Shown here piece after piece: positions 18,901 through 25,661 of a DNA stretch of 64,000 nucleotides; the first letter of the stretch is position 1; each line of letters begins with the position of its first letter. The notes beneath the pieces are model-generated. The model had not been told where the DNA came from. It ran no database searches and saw nothing but the letters and a program-made list of their open reading frames with translations. The position numbers and the translations under genes are program-made. The stretch is from an uncultured Verrucomicrobiae bacterium (lineage in GTDB: Bacteria > Verrucomicrobiota > Verrucomicrobiia > Limisphaerales > Palsa-1400): NCBI GenBank assembly GCA_963759415.1, contig CAVWZG010000003.1:735031-799030 (forward strand), in the 5' to 3' direction.

Positions 18901-19387
18901 GGTTGCTGCTGCCGACGTAGCCGACGCGCGGGTTGTTGAAATCGTTGCGGAAGCAAAGGTAGAGCTTGGCATGAAGGGTGTGGCGGAGAAAAAGTTTCAC
19001 GGCCAGTTTGCCGGACTCCATTTGGGCGGCGAGGCGGCGCAATCCAGTTTCGTCAGCGTCGTTCGGGGCGCCCATCGCGAGCTGATTCCGGAATTCCTCG
19101 GCGAGCTTGCGCTTGAGGCGGATGGCGGTCTGGTTGTCCATCGGCTCGTCGGCGCGGACCAGGCTGAGGCACTGGCGGAGTTCGTCGGCTGGAAGGCGTT
19201 GCATGCCGACGAGGAGGCGGCACTGGTGGTCCGGGCCGCCGGACCATTGGTCGATGCGCGAGTCGATAGACTTCCAGCCGCGCAGATTGAAGTAGCCAAC
19301 GCAAAAGTCCGCGCGCTCGGAGACGAGGAGGGTCTGCTCAAGGGCTGGGAGCAGGGTGGTGTCAATGTTGTCGAAGATGCGGGGCAT
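15914..19387 (-). CDS. PLD(HKD) nuclease - SNF2 family helicase fusion protein
   Basis: Single HKD motif LHAKLYLCF...[14 protein letters not shown] near the N-terminus. Helicase motif [12 protein letters not shown], motif [13 protein letters not shown], motif [20 protein letters not shown]...CPSCNGH zinc-ribbon insert. Confidence 0.9.
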   Translation of the reverse strand: MPRIFDNIDTTLLPALEQTLLVSERADFCVGYFNLRGWKSIDSRIDQWSGGPDHQCRLLVGMQRLPADELRQCLSLVRADEPMDNQTAIRLKRKLAEEFRNQLAMGAPNDADETGLRRLAAQMESGKLAVKLFLRHTLHAKLYLCFRNDFNNPRVGYVGSSNLTFAGLSQQGELNVDVLDHDATAKLAKWFEDRWADRWCLDITQELIQVIAESWARPDIIAPYLIYVKMAYHLAEEARAGLSEFSIPSDFRDTLFDFQSAAVKIAARHLEKRGGVIIGDVVGLGKTLMATALSRVFQDPPHSLETLILCPKNLVGMWEDHAARFRLLAKIVPLSQARNQLPDLRRYRIVLLDESHNLRNREGKTYAVVRDYIQRNDSRCILLSATPYNKAYLDLANQIRLFLDPEQALGLRPEEYIRRDCDNRVEEFTKKHQCPVNCLAAFEKSEHADDWRELMRLFMVRRTRSFIQKNYATTDCPQCRSPILARQTQCPSCNGHKPAQGRAFLLLEDGTKFYFPKRKPRTLAFRIRDKDPDDQYARLYSDKVVDTIRVLHLPRYGLANYVHPTLDHPPTQEEAEVLQNLSRAGKRLIGFCRTNLFKRLESSGSAFLQSIQRHILRNYLYLHAIESGQPLPIGTQDAALFDTRGDDADGDTTTTPGDFFDGGTDHTNHTLNLAGCTSLDDFRKQAVAGYDFLTRHYSNRFDWLRPGLFVADLAKHLQHDIDRLFSILTLSGHWQPDTDTKLAELHKLITRKHPKDKILIFSQFADTVEYLNAELRKRGVKELAAVTGDNDDPSEYARRFSPNSNRCREKISATEELRLLVATDVLSEGQNLQDAAIVVNYDLPWAIIRLIQRAGRVDRIGQRSEEILCYSFLPADGVERLIRLRSRVRQRLHENAEVVGTDETFFEDEKHDPTILDLFTEKSGVLDDPDDNEVDLASQAYQIWKNATDLNPALKKTVPDLPNVIFATKPLSAVPVAPGKTAATGVMVYVRTADDNDALAWVDEEGRTVTESQHEILRAAACDPETPGLPRLEKHHALVRVGVELVAAEQRTEGGALGRPTSARRRVYEHLKDYAESMRDTLFDTKLLTRAIEAIFARPLQESARETLARELRTGVSNNKLADLVLALHEEDRLCVHEDDTETREPRIICSLGIRNP

Positions 19388-19399
19388 CTGGTTAGATCC

Positions 19400-19585
19400 T
19401 TATGTATCCTTCTGACCGGCTGTGCCCTTCTTTACCCATGTGTCAACCTCTGACGCCAGGAATTTCCAGAGGCGGCCGACTTTGTGACCGGGCATTTTCT
19501 TGCGCTCGATCCATTTGTAGATCGTGTCGCGGTTGACGCCCAAGTGGGCGGCGATTTCTTCGACTGACAACCAGCGCTCTTGCAT
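19400..19585 (-). CDS. Excisionase/MerR-type helix-turn-helix DNA-binding protein (possible operon controller)
   Basis: LSVEEIAAHLGVNRDTIYKWIERKKMPGHKVGRLWKF is a typical HTH_17/excisionase-family pattern. The stop lies 12 nt before the helicase ATG. Confidence 0.75.
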   Translation of the reverse strand: MQERWLSVEEIAAHLGVNRDTIYKWIERKKMPGHKVGRLWKFLASEVDTWVKKGTAGQKDT

Positions 19586-20157
19586 AAAGGTGTTTCAGGT
19601 TTATCCGCGTCGGAGTCATTTCCGGTGCGGCGAGCCTTCGGGCAGCATTGTAGGAACTCTGTCCGATAGCGCCAGAGAAAAACGATGAAAAGCCGATTGA
19701 GACTGGTTCTTAATTGGCTGAGGCGGAGGGGGGCGTCTACGCGTGATCGCAAAGTGCGAGGGGGTGGACAACGTGCCCCCTCGCGTCCTTTTCCCCCTGT
19801 GGCCCCACCCGCCCCGGCCTTGGGGCCGGGGAGAGCCAGGGCGAAGACCTCTTGGGTTCGTGGAAGGGGTCGAGCATTGGGGATGGGTGGGCCTGGGTCG
19901 CGAGTAGAAGAAATCCCCGACTGGCGCCGGGGAGGTCTGACTTATGCGGCCACCTGTTCGGCGGTGCCCATGCGGGAGTTACAGGTAATTCTCGGACGAT
20001 CCCGGAGCGTTGACAAAGGGCAAGTCAATCGGCCAAATTCATCGTAATGGACACGATTTCGGGCTCGAATTTAGAGGATGTTATTTCTGCAATTTTGCTT
20101 GCACTCAGAGCGAAAAAGAGCGAAAATCGTTTTTAGTAAATCGCACGTTCAATTACA

Positions 20158-20221
20158 GATGAACACAGATAAAGACTCTGGCCGGTCGTCTGCTCCTCAT
20201 CTGTGTCGATCTGTGTTCATC
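20158..20221. repeat. REP-like inverted repeat (13-bp perfect arms)
   Basis: gatgaacacagat (20158-20170) and atctgtgttcatc (20209-20221) are exact reverse complements. An extra atctgtgt copy sits inside. Confidence 0.7.
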
Positions 20222-20285
20222 CGTGGCCTCCCTTTCTTTCTTTTCCGGTGGGGAGACTTTGTCGCACTGTGAGCTTATCCGGGGC

Positions 20286-20323
20286 AATCGAGTCAGGGAT
20301 CGACGGAGTCTCTCCCTACCGAG
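20286..20323 (+). repeat. 38-nt dispersed repeat, copy 1 (aatcgagtcagggatcgacggagtctctccctaccgag)
   Basis: Matches 21485-21522 with 4 mismatches, in the same orientation. Confidence 0.75.
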
Positions 20324-20437
20324 ACCAGATCGGGCCGAAGTTTCCTCCAGGATACGAGCTACCCGGCAGCATAAAGTATTGGTTGGAAAATCTTGCAAAG
20401 AGCCGGAATTAGCTCAAAATCAACTGTAGAGTTATCT

Positions 20438-21325
20438 ATGAGTTCAGCGTCTATTCGATCCCGCCGTGAATTCCTGAAGCAGACGGTTATCCTCGGGGCC
20501 GCCATGACCGCCGCGCAGTCGGCTGATGAACTGCTGGCGGCTCCGCTGGCCCTAAACGAGCTGCCCAAGATCAAGCTTGGCAGCTTGGAGGTTTCCCGGC
20601 TCATTCTCGGCAGCAATCCGTTTTGGGGCTTTGCGCATGGCAATCCCCAGGCCACCGCGGAAGAAATGACGGCCTACTACACCGACGCGCAGGTCATGAG
20701 AGTGCTCGAGGCCGCGGCCGAACAGGGCATCACGGCGGTGTGGACTCCGCCCCATGATCGCTGGGTTCGACTGTGGGACAAATACCGGGAGGGCGGTGGC
20801 AAGCTGAAAACCTGGATCGGCCAGCCTGACGTGCGGCCCGACCAGATGAAACAGCACATCATCACGGCAGCGAAGAACGGCGCGACGGCGGTCTGCATTC
20901 AGGGCATACAGGCAGACGCCCAGATGGAGACGGGGCAACTGGACGTGCTGCGGGGCTGGCTGGAACTGATCAAGAGTTTCGGCCTGCCGGCGGGCATGGC
21001 CACACACAGGGCCAGAACTCACTTGGTGGCCGAAGAGAAAGGGCTGCCGACGGACTTCTATCATCAGACGCTCTACCGCCCGGATCATTACGTTCGGGAA
21101 GGGCTTGAAGAATCGCTGGCCACGATCGAAAAGCTCGACAAGCCGGTGATCGCCTACAAGGCGCTGGGGGCCGGCCGCTTCCTGCCCAAGGATACGCTGC
21201 CCTACATTTTCAAGCGGCTCAGGCCCAAGGACGGCCTGTGCATCGGCGCCTTCCCGAAGAAGCGAGACGAACTGGCGGAGAACGCCGAGCTAACGCGGCG
21301 TCTGTCGAAAAACGGAACCGCCTGA
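20438..21325 (+). CDS. Tat-signal hypothetical protein (possible TIM-barrel enzyme)
   Basis: MSSASIRSRREFLKQTVILGAAMTAAQS twin-arginine signal from ATG 20438. I do not recognise a family for the remainder. Confidence 0.55.
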   Translation: MSSASIRSRREFLKQTVILGAAMTAAQSADELLAAPLALNELPKIKLGSLEVSRLILGSNPFWGFAHGNPQATAEEMTAYYTDAQVMRVLEAAAEQGITAVWTPPHDRWVRLWDKYREGGGKLKTWIGQPDVRPDQMKQHIITAAKNGATAVCIQGIQADAQMETGQLDVLRGWLELIKSFGLPAGMATHRARTHLVAEEKGLPTDFYHQTLYRPDHYVREGLEESLATIEKLDKPVIAYKALGAGRFLPKDTLPYIFKRLRPKDGLCIGAFPKKRDELAENAELTRRLSKNGTA

Positions 21326-21484
21326 GAAGCGTTCCGCCTCTTGCCTCCGGTTTTTGTAATCCGAAGGAGCATCCACAAAGTTGTGACGCATCAAAGGGAA
21401 GGGCGGCGCGAGACGCACCGCCCGGCGACCGGGACGGTCGCGCTCCCCCTGAAGAGGAGATACGGTCAAGACTTTATCCCAGGA

Positions 21485-21522
21485 AATCGAGTCAAGGCTC
21501 GACAGAGTCTCGCCCTACCGAG
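21485..21522 (+). repeat. 38-nt dispersed repeat, copy 2 (aatcgagtcaaggctcgacagagtctcgccctaccgag)
   Basis: Matches 20286-20323. Weaker similarity extends about 12 nt upstream (ttatcc..gg). Confidence 0.75.
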
Positions 21523-21603
21523 CATCGGATGTCCAACAACTTTAACAACACCCAGGACTGGCGGCAGGGTTGAACTTTGGCCGCGTTTGATCCATGCTGC
21601 GTC

Positions 21604-22839
21604 ATGCGTGGAAGTTTGCTTGTCCTTTCATCGTGGCTCTGGGTCATTCTGGCGACGGGCCGGGTGGATGGGGAGCCGCTGCCGAAGATCATGCTTCAGC
21701 CGGTTTTTTCCAAACTGAAGTTCGAGAATATTGTTTGGATGGAACAAGCGCCGGACGGCTCGGACCGCTTCGCCATCGTGGGACAGGATGGACGGGTTCT
21801 GCTGGCGCGCAAGGGCACGGATGGCTCCGAGGCGAAGGAATTCCTCAACATCGAAGACCGCCAGCCGCATGCCTCGATGGAGCAGGGTCTGTTAGGCATG
21901 GCGTTTCATCCGGGATTCAAGAGCAACGGTCTTTTCTATATCTTTTACAGCCGGCAAAATCCGCGCCGCAGCGTCTTCAGTGAATGGAAGGTTTCGGCGA
22001 ATGATCCAGACCGCGCGGACACCAACAGCGAACGCATCCTGCTGGAAATTCCCCAGCCTCTCTCCGAGGTTCACAAGGGTGGGCAGTTGAGTTTCGGGCC
22101 GGATGGTTTTCTTTACCTCGGCGTCGGCGATGGCGGCGGGCAGAATGATGAATCAGGGGCGGCGCAAAACACTTCGAACTTGCGCGGAAAAATTCTGCGT
22201 CTGGACGTGAACACGCGCTCGAGCATCGGGTTGCGCGGCGCGCGCGTGACGCTGCCTTACGGGCTTCCGGCCGACAATCCCTTCATGGGCGAGCCGGAGT
22301 TTTGGGAGAATAGCACGTGCAAGGAGGTCTGGGTTTACGGCTTGCGCAATCCGTGGCGTTTCAGTTGGGACCGGCAGACGGGCCGGATGTGGACTGGCGA
22401 CGTGGGGCAGGACAAATGGGAGGAAATTGATTTGATTGTCAAGGGAGGCAACTACGGCTGGGGGGTGAGGGAAGGGGCGCATCATTTCAAGCCCGGGCCG
22501 GAAGGCGCCCGCTACATTGACCCAGTCATCGAGTACGCGCACTCGACCAACCAGTTGGCGGAGTCGGCGTTTCCCAGGCACAGCATCGGGGCGTGTGTGA
22601 TTGGCGGGTATGTTTATCGCGGCGCCAAGCATCCGTCGCTGCGCGGCATTTACATTTACGGGGACTATGTGATGGGCACCATCTGGGGATTTCGCTACGA
22701 GGGGGGCAAAGTCGGGGCTTACGGGACGCTATTGGAGCAACCCAGGAACATCGCCAGCTTCGCGCAAGACCTGGAGGGCGAGCTGTACGTCCTGACGCTT
22801 GACGGGCGTATTTTTGCCATTGCAGCGGCAGGGTTCTGA
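21604..22839 (+). CDS. PQQ-dependent sugar (glucose/sorbosone) dehydrogenase family protein
   Basis: GLLGMAFHPGF, HKGGQLSFGPDGFLYLGVGDGG, LRGKILRLDV, YGLRNPWRFSWD, GGNYGW. Signal-like MRGSLLVLSSWLWVILATG from ATG 21604. Confidence 0.85.
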   Translation: MRGSLLVLSSWLWVILATGRVDGEPLPKIMLQPVFSKLKFENIVWMEQAPDGSDRFAIVGQDGRVLLARKGTDGSEAKEFLNIEDRQPHASMEQGLLGMAFHPGFKSNGLFYIFYSRQNPRRSVFSEWKVSANDPDRADTNSERILLEIPQPLSEVHKGGQLSFGPDGFLYLGVGDGGGQNDESGAAQNTSNLRGKILRLDVNTRSSIGLRGARVTLPYGLPADNPFMGEPEFWENSTCKEVWVYGLRNPWRFSWDRQTGRMWTGDVGQDKWEEIDLIVKGGNYGWGVREGAHHFKPGPEGARYIDPVIEYAHSTNQLAESAFPRHSIGACVIGGYVYRGAKHPSLRGIYIYGDYVMGTIWGFRYEGGKVGAYGTLLEQPRNIASFAQDLEGELYVLTLDGRIFAIAAAGF

Positions 22840-22916
22840 GGAATCGGGAAGACAAGAAATTGTCAGGGGAATTTTGGGCAGGGGAATGGGAAAGAGCGCA
22901 TCGCTCAAGAGTTCAA

Positions 22917-22938
22917 GGCAGAGCGGCAGCTCTGCCCT
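22917..22938. repeat. REP-like hairpin motif GGCAGAGCGGCAGCTCTGCCCT, copy a
   Basis: The same 22-mer occurs at 55974-55995, and with one difference at 53572-53593. Confidence 0.8.
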
Positions 22939-22940
22939 GC

Positions 22941-23057
22941 TAAAACGATCCGCGCGGCGTTTAGCCAATCGCCATAGAAGGACGCTTTTGACATATTATC
23001 GTGCAACGACAGCATGAGGGCAACGCCTATGACGCGGAAATTGTGGACTACCATTAG
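22941..23057 (+). pseudogene. higB: Decayed higB (RelE/ParE-superfamily killer) remnant
   Basis: The frame ending at TAG 23055-23057 reads *NDPRGV*PIAIEGRF*HIIVQRQHEGNAYDAEIVDYH*. The C-terminus ...GNAYDAEIVDYH is the HigB-type ending. There are three in-frame stops, the N-terminal part is missing, and the remnant sits immediately upstream of higA. Confidence 0.6.
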
Positions 23058-23060
23058 AAT

Positions 23061-23372
23061 ATGAAGACCAAGAAACTTGCGCCGGTTCACCCGGGTGAAA
23101 TTCTGCTCCACGACTTTATGGAACCGCTGGGTCTGAGTCAATACGCGCTGGCCAAAGCCATCGGCGTCACCCCCATGCGGGTGAGCCAGATCGTTCGTGG
23201 ACACCGAGCGATCACGGTGGACACAGCCTTGCGACTCTCCCGCTACTTTGGCACCCGTCCCGCTTGGTGGCTCGATCTCCAGACCTATTACGACCTCGAA
23301 ATAGCCGCAGATGACCTGGAAGTCCGCATCGCCCGTACCGTCAAACCGTGCAAATTACGAGCTGCCGCTTAG
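23061..23372 (+). CDS. higA: HigA-family antitoxin (XRE-type HTH)
   Basis: VHPGEILLHDFMEPLGLSQYALAKAIGVTPMRVSQIVRGHRAITVDTALRLSRYFGT is the classic HigA/VapI pattern. Confidence 0.85.
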   Translation: MKTKKLAPVHPGEILLHDFMEPLGLSQYALAKAIGVTPMRVSQIVRGHRAITVDTALRLSRYFGTRPAWWLDLQTYYDLEIAADDLEVRIARTVKPCKLRAAA

Positions 23373-23405
23373 TGAATTATCATTTTGGCGATCATTGGCT
23401 TCGCA

Positions 23406-25643
23406 TCAGGGTCTCAGGGACGGATTCACGCGGAAGGAAGCCTGGAACGTCTTGCCCAGTGAGGCGTTGAGGTTGACGCTCAAGACGATGACGGGCGAGA
23501 GTTGCTTCACCGTTACGCCAGGATCGGCGGAGACCAGGGCTGAGGCCGCCTGATTGAGCGTCACGGTCATCGAGCCGGTGTTGGTTTGGGTGGGATCGGA
23601 AATGCCTACCGCGAAGGCGAGGGATTGCTTGCGCGTGATGATGGAGGAAGGCGCGGTGGCGGTGATCAAATCAATGGAGTTGGTTCCAGAGGTCCAGAAA
23701 TTGGCCGCGACCACGCCGAGGGATGGCTTCCTGGCGGCTTGAACGGCAGGGGTGTTGGCGAGCACAACGATGCCGGGATTGGCTGCATAAGCGGCCACGC
23801 TGCCGGCGGTCATGTTGGGCAGGAGCACATAAGCGTAGGTGGCGTTGGTGGGGCTGGCGCCGTGGTTGTACCATAGTTTTAGGTAATCATCGGTGTAGCT
23901 TCCGCCGCGCCTGCGACCGCCGATATCCGCCCAGGAGCCGCTGTTGCTGACGAACGCCGCTTGCAGATTGGCCGCGCCGCCGGGAAAGTAATATCCGCCC
24001 ACCCCGTCCAAGGCGCACCAGGAAACGTTGCTGAGATTGTTGCTCCAGCCCATCACCGGCTTTATGGCCGTGCCGTTGACGGTGAAATTGTTGGTCGGAT
24101 CCATCCCCAGCCGGCGGTCTTCCACCGTGGTGTCGATTTCCGCCGCGCCGCCACAGGTGATGCCCGCGCCCAGGCAAACAATTTCATTGTCAAACATAAA
24201 CCATGATTTCTTCGCCGTCAGCGAGGGCGACAAGGGGTCTGCCAGGGACATGCCGGCGGCGCCGTGGCTGGCGGACACTTGCGCACCACCCACCCAATGC
24301 TGCGTGGTCCTCTGGTCCGCGCCCTCGGCGGGGGCGCGCGGGGTCATCTCCACGGTCGTGCCGGGAAGGTGGTAAGGATCCACGGTGGGCCAGAAATCGC
24401 CGGCAAACTGCCGGTCCGCCTCGCCAATATAGAGATAGGTCATGCCATCGCCCGTGAACCAGCCGCGCAGATTCTCACGATGAATGGACTCGTAGATGGC
24501 GATGCGGGTGGAGGACATGCTGACGCCCAAGCGAAAGCCGTCGCGCAGGGCCAGCACGCGGTCCATGCCCGCAAATTGGAATTGGCCCGAAGGCAGGCGC
24601 GGCGCGTTGGCGAAATTGCTCAAGGCCGCCGCTGTCGCAGGCGGAGCGAAGCGCGCGACTTGCCGGATGGCGGAAAGAGCGCGATAGCGGTTGGTGCCAT
24701 CGGCTTCGTTGCCGCGGGAAATCTCGCGCCCGCGCACCATGTCCATCATGGCCCCGTTGCAAATCAGCGGCTCAAAGGAATTGGACACCCAGTCGATAAC
24801 ATGGGCCTGGCACGGGTTCGAGATTTGCCACGTCGAACCCTGGAGCAGGTTGACCAGATCGGCCATATCGTTGAGCAGTGTCACACCGTAGCCACCGGTA
24901 TAGGCTTTGTCGCTGTGGAACACGAAAGAGCCGTCGGTGTAAAAGCCATCGCCGGTGGTCACGTATTGAAAAACCGTGGTCAAGTTCATTTTGGCGTTGG
25001 TCATGCGGCCGCTGTCTTTGCCCAAAATTCCCCGGATAATCATAACCAGCGCCATGTCCGCGGTATTGGCCGAGGTCTGCCAACCGTAGGTATTGACGAG
25101 GCCGCCGGGACTGTGTCCGTCAATGGCGGCGCAGTAGCGGCTGATTTGCGCGCTGGTCAGCGTGGGATACATCAGGGCGAAGGCGTTGTTGAAGGCCTGT
25201 GCGCCGCCGATCTCCCAATCCCACCAGTTGTCGTACTCGTAAGCGGCCGGGGTATAAACATGGGCCACCATCCAATCCAAATCGTCGTCAATGGCCGCGG
25301 CCAGATTGGTGTTGCCATGGAGCGGGCAACCGGGCGTGGCCCACGCCAGCGCCATTGTTTCCAATTGCGAAAAAGCGCGGGTGATCATGGAACTGGAGGA
25401 ATTCGAGCCAAGGGGACCATTGTTCAACAAAGAGGCGCGGGAGGCGTTGGTGTTCCTGGTCTCCCAGGCGCGGTTGGCCCTGTTGGCAAGGTTGGTGGGG
25501 CCGCTGTCGATCAGGTAGTTTTGCCAATAGGTCCGCAAGGTGTCGAATTGATCCCCTTGCGCCAGCGGCGCCAGACCGACGCAAATTCCCAATGACAGCA
25601 GCCAGCCAAGACCGAGGCGAAATTCACGCGCAAACAGGGACAT
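23406..25643 (-). CDS. Polysaccharide lyase family 8-like secreted enzyme (paralog 1)
   Basis: Signal peptide MSLFAREFRLGLGWLLSLGICVGLAPLAQG. WWDWEIGGAQAFNNAFALMYP, FYTDGSFVFH, NLRGWFTGDGMTYLY, WVGGAQVS resemble hyaluronate/chondroitin/xanthan lyases. Confidence 0.7.
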   Translation of the reverse strand: MSLFAREFRLGLGWLLSLGICVGLAPLAQGDQFDTLRTYWQNYLIDSGPTNLANRANRAWETRNTNASRASLLNNGPLGSNSSSSMITRAFSQLETMALAWATPGCPLHGNTNLAAAIDDDLDWMVAHVYTPAAYEYDNWWDWEIGGAQAFNNAFALMYPTLTSAQISRYCAAIDGHSPGGLVNTYGWQTSANTADMALVMIIRGILGKDSGRMTNAKMNLTTVFQYVTTGDGFYTDGSFVFHSDKAYTGGYGVTLLNDMADLVNLLQGSTWQISNPCQAHVIDWVSNSFEPLICNGAMMDMVRGREISRGNEADGTNRYRALSAIRQVARFAPPATAAALSNFANAPRLPSGQFQFAGMDRVLALRDGFRLGVSMSSTRIAIYESIHRENLRGWFTGDGMTYLYIGEADRQFAGDFWPTVDPYHLPGTTVEMTPRAPAEGADQRTTQHWVGGAQVSASHGAAGMSLADPLSPSLTAKKSWFMFDNEIVCLGAGITCGGAAEIDTTVEDRRLGMDPTNNFTVNGTAIKPVMGWSNNLSNVSWCALDGVGGYYFPGGAANLQAAFVSNSGSWADIGGRRRGGSYTDDYLKLWYNHGASPTNATYAYVLLPNMTAGSVAAYAANPGIVVLANTPAVQAARKPSLGVVAANFWTSGTNSIDLITATAPSSIITRKQSLAFAVGISDPTQTNTGSMTVTLNQAASALVSADPGVTVKQLSPVIVLSVNLNASLGKTFQASFRVNPSLRP

Positions 25644-25661
25644 GGTTGGTCAGGGGCCGGG

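Noticed and set aside
19756-19784. 9-bp GC hairpin gcgaggggg-N11-ccccctcgc as an intrinsic terminator
   Set aside because: No plus-strand gene ends upstream of it. On the minus strand there is no T-tract and no gene that it could terminate. It is probably another REP-type hairpin.
19685-20047. 120-aa plus-strand ORF in the spacer right of the defence operon
   Set aside because: It has G/R/P-rich low-complexity translation in a repeat- and hairpin-laden non-coding stretch. It has no start context or family resemblance.
19586-20392. Island boundary signals (integrase, tRNA or att site) at the right edge of the defence operon
   Set aside because: I found no integrase or transposase ORF and no tRNA-like cloverleaf by eye, only REP-like repeats. 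Mobility of the island therefore remains unsupported.
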